Shown here piece after piece: positions 35,569 through 44,958 of a stretch of DNA of 64,000 nucleotides; the stretch's first letter is position 1; each line of letters starts with the position of its first letter. This DNA comes from Candidatus Uhrbacteria bacterium. Its GTDB lineage: Bacteria; Patescibacteriota; Patescibacteriia; 2-12-FULL-60-25. The position numbers and the translations under genes are program-made. The notes beneath the pieces were generated by a model. That model did no database searches and was not told where the DNA came from. It worked only from the letters and a program-made list of their open reading frames with translations. The stretch covers positions 390,327 through 454,326 of the forward strand of contig JAIOPK010000006.1 in assembly GCA_021413945.1 (NCBI GenBank), written 5' to 3'.

Positions 35569-36417
35569 TTATTTCTCCTTACGCGTATCCATGTATTTTT
35601 TAGCAACTTTGACGGCGATGCTTCCTCCCGGGACAAACATGCCGACAGCATCGGCGCCGACGTCAAAGAGAAAGTTTTGGTCGAGGATTTTGCCCATGTA
35701 TTCTTTAAAGACACGGCTGCCTGTGCGAATTTCTCCGGTTAGGCCATCGACTTCCAAGATCGCTTCCTTTTGCTTAGAAGCCCATGCGTATTTGAAGGCG
35801 TAGACGGGACGATAATAGAGATCAACGCGCGCGACTTCTACTTCCTCTGCCAGAATCGTGTCGGCGTGGATTCCTTTGATCATTTTAGCGAGGGCATCGC
35901 GCATGATGGCAGAAACACGAGCTTGTGGAGGGACAAAAATCGCGCCTTCCTCGACCTCGTCTTTTAACAGACCCGTCACTTCAAACGGCGCCATCGAAAG
36001 ATATTTTTGAAGTTCTGCGGAAGGCTTGGCTGTGATTCCATCGACAATTAAATCTTCATGCTCTTCTTGAAAACAATGCTCTTGGACAGGGATGTGGATG
36101 TGATCATTCTGGACCTCGTACTTTACATCGTGGACCGTAACCGTTTTGACTTCTTTGCCGCTCGTTTCGACTTGATAGTTGGCGGAACGGATGTATTCGT
36201 AACGTGCATTGGCCACGACATGCCAAAAAGGCTCATAGCGATGCTCGCTATAAACGAGGGTGAAGTCTTCATCCTTTGGTTTGCTTAATAGGCTGGTGAC
36301 TTTACTGAACGCATCAAAAGCGGTCACCTTTTTCTGCCAAGCGCGTTCCTTGGCGATCTCCGGTGTTACCTGGTCTTTCAGAAGGAGAATTCTTTGGGTC
36401 GCGATGTTGATTTCCAT
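35569..36417 (-). CDS. hypothetical protein
   Basis: Start chosen at ATG 36417 (MEINIATQ). No family recognised. Confidence 0.55.
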   Translation of the reverse strand: MEINIATQRILLLKDQVTPEIAKERAWQKKVTAFDAFSKVTSLLSKPKDEDFTLVYSEHRYEPFWHVVANARYEYIRSANYQVETSGKEVKTVTVHDVKYEVQNDHIHIPVQEHCFQEEHEDLIVDGITAKPSAELQKYLSMAPFEVTGLLKDEVEEGAIFVPPQARVSAIMRDALAKMIKGIHADTILAEEVEVARVDLYYRPVYAFKYAWASKQKEAILEVDGLTGEIRTGSRVFKEYMGKILDQNFLFDVGADAVGMFVPGGSIAVKVAKKYMDTRKEK

Positions 36418-36486
36418 AGACGTAGTGGAGAGTATCACGGAAAGCGGTAATTTCCGCAAAAGCGACCCTTGCGGGTCGCTTTTGTA

Positions 36487-36575
36487 TGGCGGAGAGGGTG
36501 AGATTCGAACTCACGGTACCTTTTGGATACGGCAGATTTCAAGTCTGCTGCTTTAGACCACTCAGCCACCTCTCC
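36487..36575 (-). tRNA. tRNA-Ser(UGA)
   Basis: The reverse complement gives GGAGAGG acceptor, a CTTGAAA anticodon loop, a long variable arm, GTGAGTTCGAATCTCAC T-arm and CCA. Confidence 0.85.
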
Positions 36576-36683
36576 GTGTATCTGGCGGGGATAAAATACG
36601 TCATTTGAGGCCTTTTGTCGAGTAGACTGATCTACTTGCCCCAAAGGCTTAATATAGGTAGAGTAAAGCGGCTTTTAGCCTAA

Positions 36684-36772
36684 GGAGAGGTACCCAAGAG
36701 GCTGAAGGGGGGAGATTGCTAATCTCCTAGGGTCGAAAGGCCGCGAGGGTTCGAATCCCTCCCTCTCCGCCA
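36684..36772 (+). tRNA. tRNA-Ser(GCU)
   Basis: GGAGAGG acceptor, GGAGA-TTGCTAA-TCTCC anticodon arm, a long variable arm, GAGGGTTCGAATCCCTC T-arm and CCA. Confidence 0.85.
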
Positions 36773-36775
36773 TGT

Positions 36776-36803
36776 AAAATATCCCGTTCACGCGGGATAT
36801 TTT
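36776..36803 (+). terminator. intrinsic terminator after tRNA-Ser
   Basis: AAAATATCCCG-TTCACG-CGGGATATTTT. Confidence 0.75.
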
Positions 36804-36889
36804 GATATCTTCCGTGACCCTTGACGTGATTTTATAAACCGTTATAGTGGGTCAAGCTTAGTTGTTATTCTTTTATTAGGCCGTCATGT

Positions 36890-37111
36890 ATGAACAAAGC
36901 CCCGAAATATAACCTTTCCAAGCTCGCGTCCAAGGTCAAGACTCTCCGCACCAAACAAGAGATGACCCGCGAACAGCTCTCCAAGAAAGCCAAGGTGAAC
37001 TACAACACCATCATCAAGCTTGAGAGCGGTGCCAACAAGAACCCAACCGTTACGACACTCATCGGAATCGCCATGGTGTTCAAGTGTAAGGTTGAGGATC
37101 TTATCGCCTAA
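36890..37111 (+). CDS. XRE-family helix-turn-helix transcriptional regulator
   Basis: 73 aa. LRTKQEMTREQLSKKAKVNYNTIIKLESGANKNPTVTTLIGIA matches the Cro/C1 HTH pattern. Confidence 0.75.
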   Translation: MNKAPKYNLSKLASKVKTLRTKQEMTREQLSKKAKVNYNTIIKLESGANKNPTVTTLIGIAMVFKCKVEDLIA

Positions 37112-37119
37112 GAACGATC

Positions 37120-37143
37120 AAAACCCGCGATGAGCGGGTTTTG
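37120..37143 (+). terminator. intrinsic terminator
   Basis: AAAACCCGC-GATGA-GCGGGTTTT. Confidence 0.75.
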
Positions 37144-37167
37144 TGTTTACGGGATATAATCGACCAT

Positions 37168-37632
37168 ATGCTTAAACAAGGAGCTAAGGCACCGGATTTC
37201 ACCTTGCCTGATCAGGATGGGAACATGCATTCCTTGAAGGAGCAGAAAGGTAAGTGGACATTGGTTTATTTCTATCCCAAGGACGATACACCGGGGTGCA
37301 CCGTCGAGGCTTGCACGATTCGCGACAATTACGGAGCGTTCAAGAAAATGGGTATCACGGTTTGGGGAATCAGCGCCGACCCTGTAAAGAAACATGCCAA
37401 GTTTGCTGTTAAGTACGATTTACCATTTACCTTGCTTGCCGATGAGGAAAAGAAGGTTATCAAAGCGTTTGGCGTTTGGGGGAAGAAAAAGTTTATGGGA
37501 CGCGAGTATATGGGAATCTTTCGCGTGAGTTTTCTTATTGACGATAAGGGAAAGATTGCAAAGGTCTACGAAGAGGTGAAGCCGGCTAAGCATGCGGAGG
37601 AAGTGCTCGCAGACGCCAAGGAGATGAAGTGA
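37168..37632 (+). CDS. bcp: thiol peroxidase / peroxiredoxin Bcp
   Basis: YFYPKDDTPGCTVEAC contains the peroxidatic Cys motif. ATG at 37168, with TATAAT at 37155-37160. Confidence 0.85.
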   Translation: MLKQGAKAPDFTLPDQDGNMHSLKEQKGKWTLVYFYPKDDTPGCTVEACTIRDNYGAFKKMGITVWGISADPVKKHAKFAVKYDLPFTLLADEEKKVIKAFGVWGKKKFMGREYMGIFRVSFLIDDKGKIAKVYEEVKPAKHAEEVLADAKEMK

Positions 37633-37634
37633 AG

Positions 37635-37660
37635 AAAAAACTCCCACATGGGAGTTTTTT
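37635..37660. terminator. bidirectional terminator
   Basis: AAAAAACTCCCACATGGGAGTTTTTT. Confidence 0.75.
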
Positions 37661-37664
37661 CTTA

Positions 37665-37741
37665 TGGTGCGGCCAAATCGATTCGAACGATTGACCTCTT
37701 CCTTCGCAGGGAAGCGCTCTATCCAGCTGAGCTATGGCCGC
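37665..37741 (-). tRNA. tRNA-Arg(GCG)
   Basis: The reverse complement gives GCGGCCA acceptor, GCTCAGCTGGATAGAGC D-arm, CTTCC-CTGCGAA-GGAAG anticodon arm, a TTCGAAT T-loop and CCA. Confidence 0.85.
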
Positions 37742-37763
37742 AAACTAAGCCTCTCTGTTGCAA

Positions 37764-38291
37764 CTAAATGCGTAATAGCCGCCCGACTATATCAGAAAGA
37801 TGCTCTCCTTGCAAGTCTAGATCCTCCTGCAGATATTGCCTCAAATGACTGCGTAATTCTACCGGATCCTGGTCCATTAACTCGAGACGCATGCGTTGTG
37901 AGAGGGTCGATTTTGGCTCCACGTAAAGCACTTTTGCAATCGGCGGCTGATACACGATGCCGAAGCTGCCGATGTCCTGATAGAGATGGAGTTTACCGTC
38001 TACCACAATGCCGTTATCGCCGATTTGGACGAGGACATGGCGCGGTTCTTGGCTTCCGACGAGAAGCAGGATGATCGCTGCGAGGAAGATGATGAAGGCA
38101 AACAGGAAGTTTGCCGTCCAGACGGCGTAGGCGATAAGAAGAACGGATAATACGGCGAGACCAAAATACCAAGTCTTGCCGCGTTCGTGTCGATAAAAAG
38201 CCGGCATTTCCCAAACAAAACGGTCTTGGGAGCCGATCATGGCGGTTTCTACTTCCGTCGGGAAGGATCGCATATGGCTGGATTGTAGCAT
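37764..38291 (-). CDS. hypothetical membrane protein
   Basis: Two central TM helices (WYFGLAVLSVLLIAYAVW, FLFAFIIFLAAIILLLV) followed by a small soluble domain. No family recognised. Confidence 0.5.
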   Translation of the reverse strand: MLQSSHMRSFPTEVETAMIGSQDRFVWEMPAFYRHERGKTWYFGLAVLSVLLIAYAVWTANFLFAFIIFLAAIILLLVGSQEPRHVLVQIGDNGIVVDGKLHLYQDIGSFGIVYQPPIAKVLYVEPKSTLSQRMRLELMDQDPVELRSHLRQYLQEDLDLQGEHLSDIVGRLLRI

Positions 38292-38305
38292 GAAAAGAGC
38301 CTAGG

Positions 38306-40390
38306 ATGGAGATCATGTTGCATTGGGAAGAACCCGTCTCTTTTGTGAAAGGGGCGACGGCACCGGTCCGTAAGGCTTGGGAGAGTTTGGGTATCCGAAC
38401 TATTGGAGATCTGTTACTGACACTGCCACGAAGATACGACGACTTTTCTCGGATTACGAAGATCGCGGAAGCGCAGAATGGGGACTTTGTAACGCTCGAA
38501 GGGACTGTTGTGAAGTGCATCAAGCTAAACTCATTCCGAAAACGCTTTGCCATCTTTCGGCTGATGTTTGAAGACGAGACTGGGAAGCTGAATGCGAACT
38601 TTTTTAATCAGCCTTGGGTACTTGAGGAATTCAAACCGGGACGGAAGATTTTCTTGTCCGGTAAAATTGCGATCAAGGCTCCATATGGAAAGACGCTCGT
38701 GAGTCCGATTTGGGAACCGGCGGAAGCTCGGACGCTGGCCGCGGGGAAAGTTGCACCGGTTTATGGATTGGCGGGGACGTTGATACAGAAGACGTATCGG
38801 CGATTGATGCAGTATGTTCTCGAGAATGTTGAGTGGCCGGAAGATGCGGTCGCTGCCGGTGAGCTCGAACGGATGAAGCTGCTGCCGTTGCAGGAAGCGA
38901 TCCGTGCCGTTCATGAACCGAATTCGAGCAACCATGCGGAGCAGGGGCGAAGGCGGCTCGCATTCGACGAAGTTCTTGGATATCAATTGGCACTTGGAGC
39001 CGAACGGAAGCGATCGACGGAAGCTGGAGCGCCGGCGATACCATTCGACCAGAACTTCGCGAAGAAATTTGTCGAAAGTTTGCCGTATCCGTTGACGGGT
39101 GATCAGAAGAAATCGGTTTGGGCGGCGTTGCAGGATATGGAGCGCGATCAGCCGATGCGACGATTGATTCAGGGCGACGTAGGCTCCGGAAAGACTGTCG
39201 TCGCGGCTTTCTTGGCGGCGCATGTGCATCGACATGGATATTCTGTCGCACTGCTTGCACCGACGGATATTCTTGCGAGACAGCATGCGATTACGTTCCA
39301 ACGATTATTTGCGATGCACAATATTCCGTTTGCGTTGGTGACTCGAACGGATAAGCGGCTGTATCAAGGTCGCGAAGAAGAAGTCCTGAAAAACGAGCAG
39401 GTCGAATCGCTAGCCGCGCAGGGGAATGTGGTGCTCGTCGGAACGCATGCGCTGCTTGAGAATGGAAGATTGCCGAAAGATTTGGCGCTCGCGATTGTGG
39501 ACGAACAGCATCGATTTGGCGTTGGTCAGCGCGAGGCTTTATTGCTCGGATCGAGAGATGACGGCCATGTTCCGCATCTCTTATCGATGACGGCGACGCC
39601 GATTCCTCGAACATTGGCGTTGACGTTGTATGGAGATTTGGACATTTCGCTCATCGTCGAAAAGCCCGCTGGTCGATTACCGATAACGACGAAGGTTTGT
39701 CATGGAGAACAACGCGAGAAAGCCTATCAAGCGATTCGTGACGCGATCGGACGCAAAGAGAAAGCGTATATTGTTTGTCCGCTCATCGATCCGTCGGATG
39801 CACTTGGCGTGACATCGGTGACGGAGGAGTGGAAGAGCTTGTCGAAGGGACCGCTTGAAGGGATCAAGTTGGGATTACTGCATGGTCGACTCAAACCGAA
39901 AGAGAAGGAAGAGACGATGGAGGCTTTTAAGAATGGAGATGTCGACGTGCTTATCGCGACCAGCGTAATTGAAGTTGGCGTTGATGTTCCGCAAGCGACG
40001 GTGATTGCGATTGAAGGCGCGGAACGATTTGGGTTGGCACAGTTGCACCAGCTACGCGGCCGCGTCGGACGTTCGACGATGCCGAGCTCATGCTATTTAC
40101 TTACCGACACCGAGGGCCCCGGACTCGAACGATTGATGACGATGGAGCGCGTGCAGGATGGGTTCAGGCTAGCCGAAGAGGATTTGAAATTGCGAGGGAG
40201 CGGACAACTGCTTGGGACACAGCAGAGCGGACATGAGGCGCTCACAATCGCGAGGATTACCGACGGGGATATTATTTCTCAAGCACGCGACGAAGCACGA
40301 CGTATACTCGACACGGATCCGGATTTAACGAAACACCCGCTTTGGAAGCGGGCGGTTGAAGGGATGCGGGATGCGGCTCACTTGGAATAG
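38306..40390 (+). CDS. recG: ATP-dependent DNA helicase RecG
   Basis: Wedge/OB N-domain, helicase motifs (GDVGSGKTVVA, VDEQHRFGV, MTATPIPRT) and a C-terminal TRG-like region. Confidence 0.9.
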   Translation: MEIMLHWEEPVSFVKGATAPVRKAWESLGIRTIGDLLLTLPRRYDDFSRITKIAEAQNGDFVTLEGTVVKCIKLNSFRKRFAIFRLMFEDETGKLNANFFNQPWVLEEFKPGRKIFLSGKIAIKAPYGKTLVSPIWEPAEARTLAAGKVAPVYGLAGTLIQKTYRRLMQYVLENVEWPEDAVAAGELERMKLLPLQEAIRAVHEPNSSNHAEQGRRRLAFDEVLGYQLALGAERKRSTEAGAPAIPFDQNFAKKFVESLPYPLTGDQKKSVWAALQDMERDQPMRRLIQGDVGSGKTVVAAFLAAHVHRHGYSVALLAPTDILARQHAITFQRLFAMHNIPFALVTRTDKRLYQGREEEVLKNEQVESLAAQGNVVLVGTHALLENGRLPKDLALAIVDEQHRFGVGQREALLLGSRDDGHVPHLLSMTATPIPRTLALTLYGDLDISLIVEKPAGRLPITTKVCHGEQREKAYQAIRDAIGRKEKAYIVCPLIDPSDALGVTSVTEEWKSLSKGPLEGIKLGLLHGRLKPKEKEETMEAFKNGDVDVLIATSVIEVGVDVPQATVIAIEGAERFGLAQLHQLRGRVGRSTMPSSCYLLTDTEGPGLERLMTMERVQDGFRLAEEDLKLRGSGQLLGTQQSGHEALTIARITDGDIISQARDEARRILDTDPDLTKHPLWKRAVEGMRDAAHLE

Positions 40391-41694
40391 AGCGCGATCG
40401 CTTCTTTGAGGTGTTTACACTCGGCAGGCGTAATGAATCGAGTGAAGCCGAGTCGTTTTGCTTCCTTGAGGCGCATATCCATGCGAGCGACAGGTCGAAT
40501 TTCACCGGTGAGTCCGATTTCTCCCCAGACGGCGAGGTCATCGGGCAGTGGTTTGTCGAGCTTGGCGGACGCGGCGGCTAGACAGATCGCGAGGTCGACG
40601 GCGGTTTCTTTTGCTTCGATGCCGCCGACGGCGTTAGCAAAGACGTCTTGATCGCCAAAACCGACACCGGCGCGGCGGCCCATGACGGCGAGGAGAAGAC
40701 TAAGTCGATTGAGGTCGATGCCGGAGGCGCGGCGCAGGGGAGTGCCGTAGCCGGCTGGGGTTACGAGGGCTTGGAGTTCGACGAGAATCGGGCGCTGGCC
40801 TTCGAGCAGACACGTTACAACGGTTCCTGGGGCTTGCTTGGGTCGATCTGCGAGAAGTGCAGAGCTCGGGTCTTCTACGACGGAGAGGCCGGACTCGTTC
40901 ATCGAGAGGAGGGCGGAGGCGTCGGTGGTGCCAAAGCGGTGTTTGGTGACGCGCATTAATCGAAACGCGTGACTGCGGTCGCCTTCCATCATGATGACGG
41001 TGTCGACAAGGTGCTCGAGTAGACGCGGTCCGGCGAGGTCGCCTTCTTTGTTGACTTGGCCGACAAGAATCACGGACGCGCCGGATTTTTTTGCGGTTTC
41101 CGCGATCCAACCGGCGCTTGCGCGCACTTGCGACATGTTTCCGGGTTCGCCGGGGACTTCCGGGGCACGCATCGATTGGATCGAATCGACGATGGTGAGA
41201 GCGGGTTTGGTTTCGGCGATCGTCGAGGCGACGATGTCGGCGGAGGTTTCGTCGAGGAACAAAAGAGTCGACGGGAGAGTCGAGGAGAGACGCTTCAAAC
41301 GTAAAGAGACTTGTGAAGGGGATTCTTCGCCGGTGACGTACAGAACGGTTTTTCCTTGAGATGCGACGGAGAGAGCGAGTTGGGCGAGTAATGTCGACTT
41401 GCCGATGCCAGGTTCACCGCCAAGAAGCGTGACCGATCCAGCGACAACGCCACCTGACAAAATTTCGTCCCAGACGGCGAGGCCAGTTTTATTGCGAGGG
41501 ATTTCGCCGGCAGCAGCGAGATCGACAAAGGAGGCGGTTTTACCGGGCTTAGTCGAAGGGCGGGCGGCGAGGGCAGGGGATGTGGATTCTTCTGCAACCG
41601 TTCCCCATTTTCCGCATTCGGAACAGCGCCCGGCCCATTTCTGGTACTGGGCGCCGCAATTGGTGCAAGTAAACAATGTCTGGGGCGCTTTCAT
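40378..41694 (-). CDS. radA: DNA repair protein RadA/Sms
   Basis: N-terminal C4 zinc finger (CTNCGAQ...CSECGKW), Walker A (GEPGIGKST), a KHRFG motif (KNRFG-type) and a Lon-like C-terminal domain. ATG at 41694. Confidence 0.9.
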   Translation of the reverse strand: MKAPQTLFTCTNCGAQYQKWAGRCSECGKWGTVAEESTSPALAARPSTKPGKTASFVDLAAAGEIPRNKTGLAVWDEILSGGVVAGSVTLLGGEPGIGKSTLLAQLALSVASQGKTVLYVTGEESPSQVSLRLKRLSSTLPSTLLFLDETSADIVASTIAETKPALTIVDSIQSMRAPEVPGEPGNMSQVRASAGWIAETAKKSGASVILVGQVNKEGDLAGPRLLEHLVDTVIMMEGDRSHAFRLMRVTKHRFGTTDASALLSMNESGLSVVEDPSSALLADRPKQAPGTVVTCLLEGQRPILVELQALVTPAGYGTPLRRASGIDLNRLSLLLAVMGRRAGVGFGDQDVFANAVGGIEAKETAVDLAICLAAASAKLDKPLPDDLAVWGEIGLTGEIRPVARMDMRLKEAKRLGFTRFITPAECKHLKEAIALYSK

Positions 41695-41696
41695 GA

Positions 41697-43457
41697 CTAA
41701 TAGAAGGAGACGTGTATATGTGAGTTTGTACCGCCGCTGTAATGTCCGCAAACGGCATCCAAACCGACTCCTACCATGCGGTCGGGTGTACCACAGTTTC
41801 CGTCCACGCAATAGGCACCCGTTCGTATGCGGCCTGTGCGTGTCGAACAGCTGATCGTTCCTTCATGCGGTTCCACATTTCCTCCAAAGACATCATCAAA
41901 TACCGCTCGACCGCCGTTTTCCTCCTTATAACGCGGTGCGAGTACGTTTACGGTGTAGCGCTGGACACTTTCATTGTTGACCATGTCGAATGCCTGTCCG
42001 GTCCAGTGACTTGACTGACCATCATCACCGCCGGACAACACGCTTCGTACGCATGCCATGCATTCCTCACGGCCATGAGCCAATGTCGAGCAGTTATTAT
42101 TGCTCTCCGCAGACCGAAAGAACCAAGCACCGTTCGCACAGCGATGGTGTCTTCCGACGATCTTAGCGCTTACCGTTCCGCTAATCGTTCCATTGGTTTT
42201 GGCGATAGCGAGGTCCAGCAAATATCGGCAGATCATCGGGTGAATCGGGACACCGTCGGCCGAGTCGTCAAACGTAGCGGCTCTTCCGGTTGTGATCGCA
42301 TCAAATTGCGCTCTTGTTGGAAGGCTTGGACAACTTGGATCCGACGATCGTGAAAGAAGCTGGCACCATTCGGATCCGCTTGGCCGTTGAATAAATCCGG
42401 TACCGCCCAAGATACCCTCACGATCTTGAGCCTGCTGGAGAACAATCGTCCCATTATCGAGATACTGTCTTAGCTGACCGCACATATCGAGACTTGCCAG
42501 TTCCGTGGGTGCGTACGGTACGCCGGGCTCGTGAGCGGGTCCCATGCCTACTGCTGTGCCGAAATCCACATCGGCTTCACCCGAAGCCCATACGTCTGTT
42601 TCAACAAAAGGAATATTCAAAACTTTTAGGTTTGTTGTTGCCGGATTTACGGTATTTAAAATGGCAAAAGCGGCGAGGGTGATCACCATGCCCATGATGG
42701 CGTCAGTGATGATTTGTTTACCTCTCTGAATACTACCGACACCCGCCGATCCCACGAGATAGAGGAAACCACCGTAAACCACCATGACAATCGCGATAAC
42801 GAGGATGATGCCCGTGAGATATCGATAAACGGAGTTGATGTACTGTGCCAAGAACGACACGACGACGACACCGCCTTCACGCGTCGGTGCCGTTAAACTT
42901 TCCGCGCCCGGGATCGGAACGCCGAGGTTGGGAGTGATTGGAGTGAAGGGAACTTCTGCGGGGGCTTCGGCGGCGGCCGCAGAGTCAGGCACGCCGCTGC
43001 AGGTCATTCCGCTGATCCGGTCGCCGACACATGTCGTTCCGGTATTGCAATCCGCGCTCGTCGTACATCTGCCACCCATCGGCTGTCGGCAGGTTCCGGA
43101 GACACAGGATCGGCCTGAAGGGCATGGGCGTGCATCGTTACACGTCGTTGCCGTGTCGATGCTCCCAATACCTCCCACTGGGACGGCACCGGTTAAATCG
43201 ACGCAAACTTCACGATCATAACCCGTACCCGATGGCGGGAGGCAGGATTGGGTCGTGGGACATTCTGCAGATGCTCCGAATACGTCCGTCGATATGCAGG
43301 GAATGAAACAGAAACGAGAGCCGACGGCTCCCCGACAGATTTGGCCCACGACGGCACAGGAATCGCCGGCCCCACAAGGGCCAACTTGTGCAAGAGCGGG
43401 CAGGGTCGACGAGAGCAGGCCTATGACCCCAATGAACGAGACGATAAGAACGCGCAT
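41697..43457 (-). CDS. secreted Cys-rich / T4SS-pilin-like N-terminal module fused to a LAS-type zinc peptidase-like domain
   Basis: Signal peptide, Cys-rich region (GPCGAGDSCAVVGQICRG...) and a two-TM pilin-like module (YRYLTGIILVIAIVMVVYGGFLYLVGSAGVGSIQRGKQIITDAIMGMVITLAAFAILNTVNP). The C-terminal domain has SSHWTGQAFD (SxHxxGxAxD) and a terminal SHIHVS motif. Confidence 0.6.
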   Translation of the reverse strand: MRVLIVSFIGVIGLLSSTLPALAQVGPCGAGDSCAVVGQICRGAVGSRFCFIPCISTDVFGASAECPTTQSCLPPSGTGYDREVCVDLTGAVPVGGIGSIDTATTCNDARPCPSGRSCVSGTCRQPMGGRCTTSADCNTGTTCVGDRISGMTCSGVPDSAAAAEAPAEVPFTPITPNLGVPIPGAESLTAPTREGGVVVVSFLAQYINSVYRYLTGIILVIAIVMVVYGGFLYLVGSAGVGSIQRGKQIITDAIMGMVITLAAFAILNTVNPATTNLKVLNIPFVETDVWASGEADVDFGTAVGMGPAHEPGVPYAPTELASLDMCGQLRQYLDNGTIVLQQAQDREGILGGTGFIQRPSGSEWCQLLSRSSDPSCPSLPTRAQFDAITTGRAATFDDSADGVPIHPMICRYLLDLAIAKTNGTISGTVSAKIVGRHHRCANGAWFFRSAESNNNCSTLAHGREECMACVRSVLSGGDDGQSSHWTGQAFDMVNNESVQRYTVNVLAPRYKEENGGRAVFDDVFGGNVEPHEGTISCSTRTGRIRTGAYCVDGNCGTPDRMVGVGLDAVCGHYSGGTNSHIHVSFY

Positions 43458-43493
43458 ATGCCGATTTTACCGCAAAAAATCAGTTCCTCCAAC

Positions 43494-44954
43494 CTAGTGA
43501 CAGGCCTCGGTTCCGGCGCGGGCGCGTGAGAAGGAATAAAAACGTGTGCATGATCGATAATCAACTTCACGAGCGGCTCCTTCACCAAGCGGAATTGATG
43601 CCGTTCCGATGGTCCAACTCGGGTTACAGGCGCGAGACGGATGATTGCTCGCAAGTTCAAAGTGCCACCATTCATTTGGAATACGGCAGAAACCCGATTC
43701 TTTCATGGCTTGTTCAAGCAAGAGCTGACATGGAACAAATGCATCGCTTTGATTTCTGGATACGCCTCCACAGTACAAGTCCATCGCCAAACCACGCGCA
43801 TGGCCGGAATAACTCGGCGCGCCGGCTTGCGGGAGCAGCCGATCATACAGCGGCTGGATCTGCGCATCCGAGTACGGAGCGGTTTGCGGCGGGGGAATGA
43901 GCGCCCGCAATGCCGGGTCGGAAAACGACCAAGGGGTCGTGGCGCTATGCGTTGTCACTCCGGGTCGGAGCGGAGCGCCCGTGCCCGTTGTACAGTTGAT
44001 GCGCCCAACACATCGTTTCAGCCAAAGGCGAAGTGAAAGAGCGGGAGATCGGAAGCCTCCGCCGACGATACGCCAGTCAGAGTGACTGCCGCGCAGTTCA
44101 CAAAAACGATTTGCCGCACGACGTAACGGCTCAATCACGGATGGATCGACGGGGGTGTTCAAGTGCACGCAGGTTTCATCGAGCCGTTCCATGGCACTTT
44201 CATCGACCGTGATAAAATCGCCTCCTCCTCCCGACGTACCGGCCGCGATAGCAGGGTCCGCAAGTTCCGCTTCTAGGGATTCCATGTCCTCATCGTTCAT
44301 CGGCTGTACAAAAGCCAACTCCAGCGTTTTTAAATTTACGGTTTGCGGATTAATGATATTCAGGATCGAGTACGCGCCTAAAATAATCAGCATGCCAATG
44401 ATCGCATCCGTAATAATCTTTTTCCCTCTGGCGATTTGCCCGATACCGGCGGATGCACCCAAATAAAGGAAACCGCCGTATACGCACATGACAATGGCGA
44501 TAACGAGAGCGATGGATGAAATATAGCGGTAGATAGCGTTGATATATTCGGCCAAGAACGACACGCGGACAACGCCGTTATCGCGCGTTGGCGCACTTAA
44601 ACTTCCGCCGGGAATCGGTACGCCGAGGACGGGTGTGATCGGGACAAATGGGACTTCCGCGGGAGGCTCAGATCCCGTGCTCGGGGAACCTGATGCGCCG
44701 CCGGCTGCAACAACGCATACTGTTCGATCAAGACCCGAAGGCGTTTCGCACGTTTCCGTTGCCGAACATTCCGTTGCGGAACCTGACGCAGCGGGCGTGC
44801 AGGTTTTATAACAAAGTCGAGACCCAGCGGCCCCGCGACAAATTTGTCCTGCGACAGGACAGGCGTCGCCGCTTCCGCATGGGCCGGTCTGGGCAAAGAC
44901 GGATAACGGAAATACGATCGCCGTGATACAGATCGCGATACGAAGGATCCGCAT
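43494..44954 (-). CDS. secreted Cys-rich / T4SS-pilin-like N-terminal module fused to a VanY/M15-type D-Ala-D-Ala carboxypeptidase-like domain
   Basis: Paralogous N-terminus (GPCGSGDACPVAGQICRG...; YRYISSIALVIAIVMCVYGGFLYLGASAGIGQIARGKKIITDAIIGMLIILGAYSILNIINP). The C-terminus has SGHARGLAMD (SxHxxGxAxD) and EWWHFE (ExxH), both M15 motifs. Confidence 0.65.
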   Translation of the reverse strand: MRILRIAICITAIVFPLSVFAQTGPCGSGDACPVAGQICRGAAGSRLCYKTCTPAASGSATECSATETCETPSGLDRTVCVVAAGGASGSPSTGSEPPAEVPFVPITPVLGVPIPGGSLSAPTRDNGVVRVSFLAEYINAIYRYISSIALVIAIVMCVYGGFLYLGASAGIGQIARGKKIITDAIIGMLIILGAYSILNIINPQTVNLKTLELAFVQPMNDEDMESLEAELADPAIAAGTSGGGGDFITVDESAMERLDETCVHLNTPVDPSVIEPLRRAANRFCELRGSHSDWRIVGGGFRSPALSLRLWLKRCVGRINCTTGTGAPLRPGVTTHSATTPWSFSDPALRALIPPPQTAPYSDAQIQPLYDRLLPQAGAPSYSGHARGLAMDLYCGGVSRNQSDAFVPCQLLLEQAMKESGFCRIPNEWWHFELASNHPSRACNPSWTIGTASIPLGEGAAREVDYRSCTRFYSFSRARAGTEACH

Positions 44955-44958
44955 ACGT

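Noticed and set aside
38531-39301. 256-aa and 195-aa minus-strand ORFs inside recG
   Set aside because: The RecG frame has unambiguous helicase motifs across this interval. The antisense ORFs are Arg/Ser-rich with no recognisable features.
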